A stretch of DNA of 64,000 nucleotides. Origin: Anthoceros angustus. Its lineage: Eukaryota; Plantae; Anthocerotophyta. The position numbers were made by a program, and so were the translations under genes. Positions 40,721-53,897 of the stretch are shown one piece after another (within the stretch, counting starts at the first letter, position 1; each line of letters opens with the position of its first letter). Under the pieces are notes generated by a model, which saw only the letters and a list, made by a program, of their open reading frames with translations, was not told where the DNA came from and ran no database searches. The stretch lies in the NCBI GenBank assembly GCA_010909165.1, contig MU008190.1, positions 590,175-654,174 on the forward strand. Reading direction: 5' to 3'.

Positions 40721-43700
40721 ATGGCGAGCGGAGGCGGAGCAAGAAGGACGGGCAGAGGCAAAGGGCCGATCCCGCCCAAGCGTAAGAAATCGGCGGAAAC
40801 AAGGCGAAGGCGAACACCGGAGAAGAAGTTACGAGGCGCCACCCCGAGTGAGTGGCAACTGGGAGCGCACTGCACATCCGGAGGTGGAGGGCATAAAGCT
40901 ACTGGGAGGCAAAATCGGGAGCATGTCTTCGTGGAAGACTAGCCAAACAAGGCGGTGGCAAGGGTGGGAATGAAGCACCAAAAGTTCAAAGCATGGTGCC
41001 ACCCCAATTCCATCACCTTTCAGCTACGAGGAAACCGCACATCCAGACGGGAGATTGACCTCGTCTCATTTTGTATGATTGGATGCTCGCCCAGTGATCC
41101 GCATCCGTAAGAGGAACAAAGAAGATGGACGCCTTGCCGAAACTCCGATAATGGGATATAGGGGGCTTTGCCCAATCAAAGAGCAAGGGCTGGGTAACTG
41201 GGCAACAATGGATATGAATGAGGGGAGCCCAGTTTACGTTATTTTGCACCACTGTGCCATATGAGTTCAACGCAGTTGATCCAGACCCTCGAATCTATAC
41301 AGTCTTATGTTCTCACCGAGGGTTCCATGCCAAGAATGTGCACCTCGCTCACTAGTCAAGAGTTCGCGAGTGCATGCGCCAACACACCGTAAGTTGGTCA
41401 AATGACCGCCTTTTTCAAAACCATGAGACTTTGATGACTGACGTGACTTTCGCTTCTTCCTGCTTTCCCCACCGCTATCGAATGGCCTCATCGTATATCT
41501 GGGAAGATTACTGAGCCAGGATCACAGGAGGGAGCTATCAATGAGAAGGGTGAGAGCAGCCCATCAAAGAATTGCAAGAGGCAGAGTCCTGAGCCCCTGC
41601 ATCCCGTAGAGTGAACTTGGCCCATCGGGATGAGGAAGATGGCCCCATTCCGCACGCCTGCCATTCGGAGGAAGAAGGAGGAGGAAGACATAGGATGCAC
41701 ATATGCCGGCATTGCATGAAGGCCAATGGTTGTCCCAACCATGCCTACGACTGTGGTCTGGCGCCGGCCACCGGCGCCTGTGATGAAGGGTGGAGCCGGT
41801 CCGGACTTGCCCACTCCGGATCCCAACCGTTTATCCACCAACATGGAGATGGGGTTTGGGCCGGCGGCACGCCGGAAGAGCTTCAGAGCCCTTCCACTGG
41901 ACCGCAGTGGAAGAGGTGTTGTTGTTGGATCCCGAGAGGAAGAGGCGGGGTGACAGGGGTTGAGGAGGAAGAAGGAGGAGGGCGCCGGCCGGCGCCTCCT
42001 CGTGCAGAGAGATGACCACCAAGGCCGCTGGGGGAAAGCGCCGCGACTTTGGATTCCATGGAGGGCACAAAGAAACCACATAGTGGAAGCACGGAGGCAG
42101 GGAGGAAGAAAAGAAAGCGAAGAAAATGGCAAGGTGATAGAAGTTGGAGCCGTTCCAACTGTGCATATTTCAACAGTGAAGAACGTCTGGAAGACGCGAT
42201 CAGGGATGCAGACCCCCTCTCTCGCCTGAGGGATTCAGCTTACGCGAAGAAGGTTGTCGTAGAAACAGTGTTGGTCAAATTGGAGAACTTAAGACCAGAT
42301 CGCATACACGCCGGATGCGCAGATTCAGGGTTGATGAGGCATGGGCCAATTATTTGGCTCGAGTTATTTCAAGGGAGGATAGAGGAGGGTGTATTGCCAC
42401 CTTATGTATGATTGATCCAAGTGAGTGCGATGACCAAGCTTGACCGAAGCGATGGCGAAAAAAATACGTTATGGGGGTTCTTGGTGGCAACCACACTTAT
42501 GCAGCCATGAAACATCTATGTGATATCTCACCAAGGAAGAAGAGGTTCCTATATGTGGAAGCACATGTATATTGTGGGCTTACTGTATCAGAAATGCGAG
42601 TGCTTGCCACGGATCACAATACCATGTCGGACAAAAGGAAGAAGATGAACTTCATTGAGCGGTGTCCCAGACTTAAGAGATGAGCCGACAAACGGAGCAC
42701 AGATGACCATGGCATGGAAGTACAACTGCATAAAGTGCCGGATTGATTGAGGATGATGAAGGCGCCAAGACGATGTCTACAAGCGAACAGTAGACAATCG
42801 CACACACATTTTATGCATCGCCAAGCGTGAGGGAAAGGTTTGGGACAATGTGGACTTGATTTTTTCAAGTGGGAGGTGGAGAACTACCAATGTAAGCATT
42901 TACCATGGATAAGCAAGAAAGGGAAAGGGAAGCAAAAGGTCGACGAGGTAAGTGGACACAATGTGAAGCCGAAGGACATGTTAGCAAAGCCATGGAAATC
43001 CTTCCAAGGGATACCAGGTGGAGAGTGTGGGCAGCAAATTCTGGTGACAGCTACAAAAAAAGTTTTAACTGGACTGATTGATTTGAAGGGCATGGATGAG
43101 GAGCAAACAGGTCCAGTACCAGGTGGAAGCCCGCAACGTTCTGGACATGCGTGGGTTTTTGAGGGGAAGGAAATACACCCTTCTTATCATGGATGTTCCC
43201 CGTGGATTTGACATTGGGCCAATGGACAAACGAATGGATTTATCAATGATGGGTGCTGTGTTTCAAAGTTTCCAGGAGAAAACGGAAATGACGATTCTCG
43301 AATTATCACATGCATGGTGTTGAAGAAGCCCATACGTAAGGGAGGCTATGTATGGTGTGCCAAAGGCGGCTTGGTGTCATCTATCCGGGATAAGACTAAC
43401 ATGAACAACGACAGAGGCTGCGGAGGACCGTGGAATACGCTACGCTTGGATTGGGTGTGAAAGATGGATGTTCAAGTGGCTGCCATGATGCCAAATGTGA
43501 TGCACGGACCTTCAACAATGGAAGATTCACATTGGACACCCCTACCGCTGCCAAGAAACAGTTTACCTGCCTCATGACAAGTTGGTAGTGTGCCCATACT
43601 GCAGACCATTGGGTCTTATGATGAAACTCGTGAGGACATTCTCCAAGGAGGGAGACTCTTATTGATGCATGCTCGTGCAAGTGGACTACGACACTAGCGC

Positions 43701-44085
43701 ATGGCCGTGGCTTTAATCAGATTGCAATAGAGGCGACTTGAGATGCGCAGTTACATTGCCCAACAGATACACTGTTGATGTCTTGCCCGATGCGACGAGG
43801 AGCTAACTTTGAGCCGCATCAAGGGGACCATCTCGGCCTGGGCCAAAGAGGTTTGTATTAGTGAGAAAGATCCGCTGAAAGCCCAAGTCGTGGCATTGAG
43901 TGAAGAGGTTAAAGACGACAACCCATGAGCTTATGGACGATGGACAAGCAGATATTGATGCTGTGGCGCCAATTCGACAAACGAGGACACTCAAAATGAT
44001 ATCAATGAAGACCAGCAGGCTTTATGTGCGAATGATAGCTTTGACGCACAGGAGATGGAGCGCATGCGGAATTTGGCACTTGTAG
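40721..44085 (+). pseudogene. ParB/Srx-like plus beta-class amino-methyltransferase-like cargo gene (copy 2)
   Basis: EEGVLP, GVLGGNHTYAA (42474-42506), YCGLT...HN...RKKMNFIE; YTLLIMDVPRG (43192-43206), DKTN..TVEY, VVCPYCRPLGLMMKLVRTFSKEGD-IDA..ASG.TT...IAIE (~43585-43732). Start codon inferred. Confidence 0.8.
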
Positions 44086-44899
44086 AGGATTCAATTCCGG
44101 TGGATGCAATGGTGAACTCACACAAGCCTCACGATAGAACATCAGACGCCGATTAGCAAATTCTCCCTATGCAGCTTAGCGGTGTGTTTAGTTTTGCTAG
44201 TTTTGCTACTACGAGAATACATGCATGTTCCGGATGTTTCCAACCCTTTTAAATTTAACAATGGACTTTTCTCAAAATTTTGTTGTTACACCGTTTGTTT
44301 GTAGTAAGAGCCAGCCGGGCCATGGGGTATGGGGTTCGTGGGATGTCCTGCTCAGCTTGGTTTTCCGCTATGGATATGCATACCATGGTGTCTCAGATTC
44401 TAAACCAGCCGCTTCCGCAATTTGAGGATGGTGTCTTTTCCGTCAAAGGGGTTATTTTTTCCTTGAAGGGGGTTTGTATATTCCCCCCCTTCAAAATTTA
44501 TGGTGTTTGGTGTGCTGACAAGCTGTGTGCACTGGAGCCTAGGAGCGAGGATTGCTCTATGGTAATGTGTTTGAAGGAGGATGGTGGAGAAATCACACCT
44601 CAAGGTGTACTTGCAGTGGAGCTACAAGAAGGAGCATCGACCGGTTATGGATCGATAGGGGAAATTGCTATCCAGGAGGTGCAGCAAGGCGAAGAGGTCG
44701 CCAAAGGAAATCGATCTGGACCTATGCGTGAGACCAGATCAACAGGAATAGGGGGAACTGAAAAATTGTTGCAGGAAGGGCGGACGGATGAGCTGCAAGA
44801 AAGGGACTCCGTAGCATGGACCAAGCAGGGAGGAAGTGGATTGGTATAAACGAAGGTGCGACTGACGTCTCGAACCTCGGCCGGTAGGCTGAGGGCCAG

Positions 44900-45920
44900 T
44901 GAGGCGACGCGGTAGGAATGGAAGGAAGAGAGACTGAATGGAAGGCCGTACCCATGCGCTAAGGTACCGCCGAACGCGAGGTCCGGTAAGTTCCCCGGAG
45001 CATGATCATGCCTAGCTGGCTCACGGTCCTGCAGAGGGGTACGCAGCCTTTTCTCCATAAGGCTGCAGCACTGTATTGCCTAAGGGAAGGAGTCTGCACA
45101 AGCTTGGCCTGTATGAAAAGATTCAAAGTGTGTCTCGAGGTCGAGGTCCGCAGTCATTGCCATCAAGCGCTTACATGCGTACAGAGGCTGGTGGGCCACT
45201 ATTCAAAGACATATAACCGTGAAGAAGATCTTAGTGCAAGCTTCCGTGGGGCTACGCAAAAGGATGTGGAATGTAGCCCGGAGGTGTGACCTGTGTCGAG
45301 GGTTGGGCGCCACATATTGTCGGCTACACAATGGCCCCTCACCTATATACTACCACCATTAGCACCGCTTGAGAAATGGGGGATAGATTTTGCTGGTCCA
45401 ATCAAGCCATCCACCCAAGTGGATTTGCGCGGAAGCATGACATCCCCGGGTGGTTACTAACACTATTGCGTAAAGATGGTGGAAGTGAGGCTGACGAGGA
45501 AGGACGACGACCTGCGCAAGTGGCAAAGTTTCTCTTTGAGAACATTATAACGAGGCACGGTGTCCTTAGAGTTGGTTAGCGCCACTGGGAACCCATTTCC
45601 TCAACTCCGCTGCTGAGTCTCTAACCACCTACTTCAACATCCCAGATCCTAAGACAACCCTTACAACCCTAAAGTGCCGAATCTGAATTAACAGAGAAGA
45701 CAAGATGCACAATCCTCACCAAGGTAATCAGAATGATATGTACGATTGGGATGCTAAATTACACTCAAGATTGTGGGCTTACAGGAACGCTGGAGAAGGT
45801 AACCACCAACAAGACTCCTTATTATCTCGGCTATATGGCATGTCTCCTGTGGATGCCTATGGAATTAAGTACTCACCGTGGGCGCGATTTCATTGATGGC
45901 CAACAAGCGCATAATCCTGT
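44900..45920 (+). mobile_element. Degenerate Gypsy integrase core
   Basis: KWGIDFAGPI, VAKFLFENIITRHG, DWDAKL..LWAYR, TPYYL. Confidence 0.88.
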
Positions 45921-46306
45921 CGCTGTAGTAAGGAGTCCGCCTAAGAGAATGATACGCCCGCTTGCTGCTGCTTTCAATCGATTCTCACCTCACTTTGTGA
46001 CCGTCACCTCAACACATACATCGCTATTTTGCGCCTAACTACAGAACGCCCACCGAATGTGCCCGGTGGCCAAACGCTTAAGGACCCATCTCGTCAGACG
46101 CTCACGCCACTGCCTTCTAGTCCGCTCTCTCACCACTTACTACGCCATCAACCTTGGGGAAAACGCGTTACACAGCCCCGACCTCCTCCGCTCCGCTCTC
46201 CGCCCGGCTCAGACGCCCCGGAGTTCCTCCGCTCACACGCCTGGCCCGCTCGACGCCGGCCGCTCGACGAACAAGGGTCCCCGCCGCCTCGCACACACCA
46301 CCACAC

Positions 46307-49300
46307 GTTAGGGTCCGCTCACCAGACCTTGACTGGCCTCCGGCTCACGCTCGCTGACTCAGACTCACGTTAGCAAGAAGACGACAAGGGTCTCAAGGAA
46401 ACGCGATCAACAACACCAAGAGAAGATGATTTACTCAGGCTTTCATTTCTTTATAAGGTCGGCTTTTTATTACACCTCTATTCTGAAATGAGGGCTAAGC
46501 CCTAATCGCCGCCTACTATTCTCCCTATTCCTCCTATCTCCGGCAGGGCTGGATGGCCTCGATTCCTTGGCACCGGGCGCCCAAAGCCGAGCCTCGACGA
46601 TCGGGCACCCAATCGGATGATCCGCGAGGCGGACCCCTTCCTCTCCCGAGGGTCCGTCAGTGCCACGGTGGCGGCCCGACAACGGCGGCCACCACCAAGT
46701 CCTCCTCCTCCTCTCTTATCTCTGGCGGGCCTCGCAACGGGCCTCCAAGGGCCGGATCTGGGCCGGTGATTGGTGGCTCTCCCCCGAGTCCGACCTCAGA
46801 CCCCTGCCTCGACGAGTCCGGACCTCTAGGTCCGGCCTCCTCCGGGTCCGGCCCCCGTGTCCGCCTTCTTTCGAGTTCGGACCTGGGTCCGGACTTGCCT
46901 CCGGGTCCGGCCTCGACCCAACCTTCCTCGGAGTCCGGACCTCGTGGTCCGGCTCACTAGAGTCCGGATCTCTAAGTCCAGATTTCCTTCGGGCCGACTG
47001 GAGTTTTCCTCGAGTCCGGACAAAGTCCGACCGGCTCGGTTCCGCCTCCTCACTGGCCGATCACGGCTCATCCACCGAGCCTCCTTGGTTCCCGAATGCC
47101 CGGCTTGCCCCTTCCACGGCCTCCCTGTGGTCCTCCTCCTTCCTTCCGCAAGGGTGCAGAGTGCTTACCTCCTGTAGTGACCTTCCTCCCTGCCTCTAAT
47201 CGCCGCCACTATTCTCCCTATTCCTCCTATCTCCGCTGGTGGTGGGGCCGGATTGGCCTCCCCCGATCTGCCGTTGGCACCGCGGCCCAAACAGCCTCGA
47301 GCTCGGATGACAGGCGCACTCAATGGATGATTCACAAGTGACCCTTCCTCTCCCGAGGGTCTGGCCAAAGCGCGCCACCGGTGGCGGCCCGCCGACAACG
47401 GCAGGGGCCATCACCACTAAGTCCTCCTCCTCCTCTTATCTCTTTGGCGGCCCCTGCACAACGGGCTCCTCCAAGGGCTGGATCTCAGCTGGGTCAGGAT
47501 TGGTGGTTTCCCCACTCCCCCGTAGTCTCGACCCGTGACCCCTGCCTCAACGTCTCCGGGAGTCCGGACCTCTAGGGTCCGGCTTCTTTCTTCTGGGTCC
47601 CACTCTGTGGTCCTATTTTCTTCGAGTTCTGACCGGGGTCCCACTGACTAAGCTCCGGGTCCGGCCTTCGACCCAACTCCTTCCTTCGGAGTCCGGACCG
47701 TAGTGGTCCGTCTCGTCACATCAGAGTCCTCGATCACTCAAGTCCGTACTTCCTTCAGGGCCGGACTCCCTGTGAGCCGGCCTTTCGTCAAGAGTCCTGA
47801 CAAAGTCCGGCACCCACTGCCTCGGGTTTCTCGCAACACTGCACTGGCTGACTGGCTCATCGCCCAGGCTTCGCGCCCCTTCCATCCTCCTGTTCCTCCC
47901 GCGCCCTTCCGCGAGCCTCCCCTGTGGTCCTCCTCCTTGGCCACTCCGTAGATGCCGAATGCTTACCTCCTGCAGGCTCCTCCTCCGCCTGCCTCCGCCG
48001 CTGCTCTCCTCGCCACAATGTCAGCAACAAGGCCTCAGGGTCCCTGGCTGCTACGCCTGCCCCCGGTCCTTCCTCCGCTCTCCTTCCGGCCCTTCGAAGT
48101 CCGCCTCGCTTAGCAGTGGGTGCTGTGACCTCCAGAGCCCTGAGGAGCTCGACAGAGTATTAGAGCGGGTCGGTAAGCTTCCGGAATCGACTTGTTGAAT
48201 CGCTCCTCCTCCATGAGCCCGAGCACTCCTTGCAGACTCCTCCTCCAGCAGGCGCTCCGGCAAGAATGGGCATGTTGTCTGCGTCACCGCCGCCTCCGTG
48301 GCCAAGCTTACCAACTGTGAGCTTAAGGACTCCCTTGATGCCAAGGCGTGCCTCCACACTCCGCAGCCTACTGACCGCTTCTCCTCCTGCTGCTCCAGCC
48401 TCCGCCAGCTTATGGGCCATGGAGTAGCCCCTCTGCTCGCTGTCCTGACGCTTCTCCTCCAAAGGCTTCCTCCGCTTATCCTTTCCCTGAGGTCCGCCAC
48501 TTCCTTCTCTGTGGGCTGTATCCTCCCTGACTCGCCCTCTCCACACCCGCAGCCTGACGTCAACCTCCTTGCACTGCCGCCTATTCTCCTCCAGAGGTCT
48601 CTCAAGGCGGCCGAGGCGCTTACCTCCGTCAAGTCTTGATTCTCTCATGGAGAACCCCGCTCCGATGCCTTTGGTTGCAGCCCAAGGTATCCTTGTTGTC
48701 CTCCAGCCTCCCCCGCCACGCCTTCTACCTCCCCGTGCCGCATCTCGAGGTCGCTGACTCTGCCTCCTCAATGGCCGACCACATAGTTTGCCTCAGCCTC
48801 CGGGGCCCTTTCAGTTGCCACCCATCACGCCGATGACATAGTGATCCCGGCCGACCGCCATGGGTTTCCGCCTCAGGCCCGGCTCACTGAAAGCCTGACC
48901 CATGTTGCCGCGCCTGGGTCTCGCAGCCCTCCGGCCTCCTTCGGCTCGCCAGAGATCCTGCTTGTTGGGCTCACGCCACCCAAATTGAAGAAACTTGTAG
49001 TCCCACTCTGGCCGAATGAACTGGGATTTTCGCCTCCGCTTCCTCCTCGATGCGGCCAGAGCTTCCGCCTCCTCCTCGCCTTCCCATCCGCCTCCCTGGA
49101 GGAGCACCATGCGCTCCTTGTGGCTCCACCTCCGGGTCTTCTCGGCCCCAGAGACCCTGTGAGCATACCTCTGATTGACTGTAGCCAGACCCGTGTCTCT
49201 TCCACGGCCGCCATGAGGCCCCCAAGAAGTCCGCTGGGGCTGCATCTCGATCCGCCAAGGACCTCCATACCACAGTGAGCGAGTCCTGACTGGGCTCTCT

Positions 49301-51090
49301 CGACCTAATCGTGACCCTTAGGTCCCGAGTACCGAGGTCCTGAGCCTCACCTTCTTTGGCCCTCTTGGCCACCTTGCTCGCCTCTTTCTCTGGGCCTGAG
49401 GTGAGGGGTTCGGAGTCGACCTCTTGCCTCTCCCGCCGGAGACAGACTGCTGGCCGCGCTGGCTCTCCGCCTTGGCCCTCTTTCCGCCTTCTTCGCCCGC
49501 CTCGCCACCACGGTGGCAAGGGCAAAGCGCCCGAGGTGTCACAGGGTGGCACCGCCTTCCGCCGGCCCCTCGACGAGTCCGCTGGTCCGCCGGGCCGCTG
49601 CCGTGGCCGGGCGGTCGTCTGCCGGAGCCGAGCCGCCGACTCCGCCTGGGCCTCCTCCGGGCTGGCCCGGGGCACCAGAGAGGAGGGAAGCTGGGATGTC
49701 CTCCCACACTTCCTTGGTGGCGAGGGAGTCCGCCTCCAAACGTATGGAGTCCGGGATTCCTCCCTGCCTTCCTCCCGCCTCGCCCGACGGGCCGGGCTTC
49801 CACCTCCGGTTCTTCCTTCCGCCTCGTAGGGCGGCCACCCCTTCCCGAGTGCGCCTCTTCCCCTTCCTTCGTGGAGGTTTGCAAGGCCCCCACACATGAA
49901 TTAAGAACGGCGATAACGCCGAGGGGGCTTCTCACACCTCACCAGGAGCTTCCTCGATTGATCCCGGCTAAGATGATCCTTCCCCGCCTCCTTCCTCTCT
50001 CGCAGCACGTGAACACTAAGAGATTGTCACCAAGGTGATCTACCTTGGTGAGCATGTTCCTGGACAATTATCCCCGCCGCCGCCTCACTCTCCTAGCAAC
50101 CCACATCAACCAGCCTGCTTGTCTGCTATGCCTCGCTTTAGGGGCGGCCTTGCCGCCTATCTTCCCGGCCTTGAGGTTCCGGACTACGCCCCCACCCCTC
50201 CGCCGGGCGATTGCACCGCCTCAGACCTCCACGGCCCACCTCCTAGGGTCCTCTCAAGGCTCTTAGAAACCTCCTTGTTGGCCGCTAACATCTTCCGGCG
50301 ATTCCTGACTAGGGCACAATGTCCACATACTGAAAACGCCCAGTGCCACTGACCAACTCCCCGCCTCCACCACTCAAGTCCGGATACCGGTGACAATGTT
50401 GCGCCCACTGTTCCATGGCTCTACACCTCCGCCGCTTGGGTCCCATCCCCGCCTCCTTCGTCTCTTGCTGGAGGAGAGGCCCGCAGCCGCCCCGCCTCCT
50501 GCAATGCCGCTCGCGGCCGTCGAAATACCGGCGTGCTCGCCGATCAAAGACAACGCCAGAGGGCTGGTGTCCGAGGCCGAGCAGCGAAGATCGCCGCGGT
50601 TGCTTGGGAGAATGACTACCGGCTCGCCACGGTAACTACATGAGGTGGGTTTTTGTCAGTCTCAGAATCGCTGGAGCTCGTATACTCCTCGCCACGCCTT
50701 TTACGCCGCCTACCGCACAGCAAGACGCTGGAGCGTGACACTGCTATAACGCCTCGCAAGGCTACGGCCCGGCCTCGCCAGCATGCCCATCTTCCATTCG
50801 TGGCTGCCCACGTGGCGCCGCCTGCCTAACTCATGCCCCAACTTCTAAGTTATCTGATGACTCCTGCTTTGACCTGAGGTCCGGACTTATCCCGACATCT
50901 GCGCGGGTCCGGGGTCCTTTGTAGTGGCACCGGGTCCTGCTTTACCCGGAGTCCGTAGAGCACTGAGCACACCGGAGTGTCATTCGTGCTTATTCCTCCT
51001 TTTCCGCCTTATTTTACTACTGGACCCACGAAAAAACAAAATCCAACTTATTTCCTAACCCCAAGGGAAGTCCGTAGCCCACACCTACCT
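46307..51090 (-). mobile_element. GC-rich retroelement-associated repeat with decayed coiled-coil ORFs; inverted relatives at 56140-59800 and 63090-63540
   Basis: Shared peptide KEVWEDIPAS / EVWEDILAS and shared terminal block 'gtgcttattcctccttt...cctaacccc'; includes a ~695-bp tandem duplication (46502/47196). Confidence 0.6.
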
Positions 51091-53490
51091 ATAGGATCCT
51101 AGAGGACGAGCGCATGATTGTAGAGGATACCAAGGTAGCTAGGTTAGAATCCTTCATAGAACAGGAGGAACGTAGGGAAGATGCTTTGGAGGAAACCCAG
51201 CGAATTCAGGAGCTTAGAAAAGATAGGCATGATGGAAGGAAGAGGAAGCAGGAGATTATCATGGCCGGGGATTTGGTTCTTTCTATAATGAGAAGTTTGT
51301 GACTGGACTTCCCAAGGAAGCGAATGAGATGGATGGGACCTGAGGTGGTGAGAATGGATCGTAACTAGGAGGCCGATGGAGATTTACTCCTAGTGAAAGT
51401 GAATGGAAGGTTAAGAAGTACCTTCACCGAGATGCTGCCTATGACGCAAACAGTGGAGGAGGGATGTGGAAGTGCAAAGTTTGGGCAACCAAATTAAAAG
51501 AGCCAGAGGAAGAACGAACTTGATTTTTTTTGGCTAAAATCATTGAGGAGATCATGCCGGGAATTTTTGAATTCTTTGAAGTCAGTTAGAGATACCTTAG
51601 GAAGGCAGAGGATATCCCAAGGAGAAGAAACGGTTGAAATGACCCCATGAGATTTAAAGGCGCCCCAAAGGGGCTAGAGGTTGTGCAGACTCAGAGACGC
51701 CGTAACACGCCAAAGAGGTTGAGAAAGGGAGGCATCATGCAATGTGATCATGTAGGGGACGGTTGTTCGCTATGCTCTCGGCTTTAGCAGTGGTGGCCTT
51801 TGCCGCCTCTATCTTCCCCGGCCTTGAGAGGTTCCGGACTACGCCCCATTTCCTCCGCCGGCCGATTGTACATCGCCTCAAGACCTCCACTCCCACCTCC
51901 TAGGGTCCTCTCAAGGCTCTAGAGAACCTCCTGGTCATTGCCAACATCTTCCCGGCGATTCCTGACTAGGGAGGACACTGTCAAGGTCCATACAGCCTGA
52001 AAACGCCCAGTGCCACCCTGACCTTGACCAGCTCCCCGCCTCCAGCCACCCAAGTCCTGGATAGCGTGACGATGCAGCGCCCACCAAGCTCCATGGCTCC
52101 CACACCTCCGCCGCTTTCTTGGGTCCCATCTTCCCGCCCTTCGTCCCATTGGAGTGAGAGGCCCGCATGTCCGCCCTTGGTCACAAGGCCAATTGCTTGC
52201 CTTCGCGGCCGAGCCGCGCGGGTGCCTGAACGATCACAAAGACAACGCCAGAGGGCCGGGTGTCTGAGCGCGAGAGCAGGCGAAGATCGCTGCGAAGTTG
52301 CTTGGGAGAATGACCTTCCACTGCCTCTCGCCGGCTTGGCAACTGGCCGCGCGGAGGGGTGGCTCACGTAATCGCCGTGAGCCCGCATGGCTTACTCGCC
52401 TTACGCCTGCCCACTGCCTTACGTCGCTAAGACGCGGAGCGTGAATACCGCTATAACGCCCCTGCAAGGCTACGGCCCCGCCTCGCCGTGCATGCCCATC
52501 TTCCATCTGTGGCCCACGTGGCGCTGCCTAACTCATGCCCCAACTTCTAAGTTACTTTCCTCGGGCGATTTATCCTGCTTTGACCCGAGTCCGACTTATC
52601 CCGATACTCGTGCGCTGGTCCGGGGTCCTTTGTAGTGGCACTGGTCCTCACATCTACTCCGGAGTCCAGTGCACTCGGAGCACAACCCCGAGTCAGTCGT
52701 GCTTATTCCTCCTTTTCCGCCTTATTTTACACTTCGGACCTACGAAAAAAAACAAAATCCAACTTATTTCCTAACCCCAAGGGAAGTCCGTAGCCCACAC
52801 CTACCTATAGGATCCTAGAGGACGAGCGCATGATTGTAGAGGATACCAAGGTAGCTAGGTTAGAATCCTTCATAGAACAGGAGGAACGTAGGGAAGATGC
52901 TTTGGAGGAAACCCAAATAATTGTGAGCTTAGGAAAGATAGGCATGATGGAAGGAAGAGGAAGCATGAGATTATCATGGCCGGGGATTTGGTTCTTCTAC
53001 GATAGTTTGACTGGACTTCCCAAGGAAGCTTAGGGTCGATGGATGGGACCTTATGAGGTGGTGTAGCAGTATGAGAATGGATCTCGTAACTAGGGAGTGC
53101 CGGATGGAGATTTACTCCTCACTGTGAGTGAATGGTGGAAGGTTAAGAAGCAATTCTTCACCGAGAATGCTGTTGTTTGCGAGGACGCAAACAGTGAGGA
53201 GGAGTATGTGGAATGCAAAAGTTTGGGCAACCAGCCCAAAAGAGCCAGAGGAAGAACGAACTTGATTTTTTTTGGCTAAAATCGATTGGAGGAGATCATG
53301 CCGGGAATTTTTTGAATTCTTTGAAGCTGGGGTTGTGAGATACTGTTAGGAAGGCAGAGAGGATATCCCAAGGAGAAGAAACGGGTTGAAATGACCCCTC
53401 GGCGAGACAGAAAGGCAGCCCAAAGGGGCGTGGTAGGCTGCTGCAGACTCATCAACCGCCATACGCCGAGGGTTGAGAAAGGGAGGCATC
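50140..53490 (+). repeat. ~1.7-kb tandem duplication containing a Gypsy integrase C-terminus (GPY/F) fragment
   Basis: Identical MIVEDTKVARLESFIEQEERREDALEETQ at 51114 and 52830, followed by GDLVL..RWMGPYEV. Confidence 0.9.
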
Positions 53491-53897
53491 ACCGCGGTGG
53501 GAAGCGCGTATCATCATGTAGGTCATCTAAGTCTCGCCAAAAGGAAATTAGAATAGAGGGATATCCACTATATATGCCTACCAATAGGGAAATAAATAAA
53601 TAGGATTAATTAGAAGGTCATTAGTTAGGGGTCGAAAATAGGACAGGAAAACAGGCAACTTAGGCAGGATTAGGTATTTTAGGATGGTGAACCAAATCAC
53701 AATGAGGGGCCTCTAGGGTGTGCCCATCCGTGGAGGCAAAGGGCTTAGGCGGGGCGTAACTCTCAACGAAGGCATCCTCACTTCGCGAAGAGTTGGAGTT
53801 GAAGCTGGAGCGTAAGAGAAGAGAAGGAAGACTATCATCACCCTCGCCATCGCCACCACCGCTGAGCGTGAAGGAGAGGGAGGCTACGCGCCAGCTG

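Larger units (their letters stand above)
36794..44514. mobile_element. DNA transposon copy 2 (~7.7 kb), CAC...GTG ends with ~42-bp imperfect TIRs
   Basis: Left cacgccctaacatgatatctttcgaagggggtgaatattca versus right (rc) cacaccaaacaccataaattttgaagggggggaatataca, about 31/42 identical; subterminal TGAAGGGGGTTT repeats at both ends. Confidence 0.8.

Noticed and set aside
48051-50038. 200-300-aa ORFs in several frames as host genes
   Set aside because: GC-rich repeat, open on both strands, with no recognisable domain
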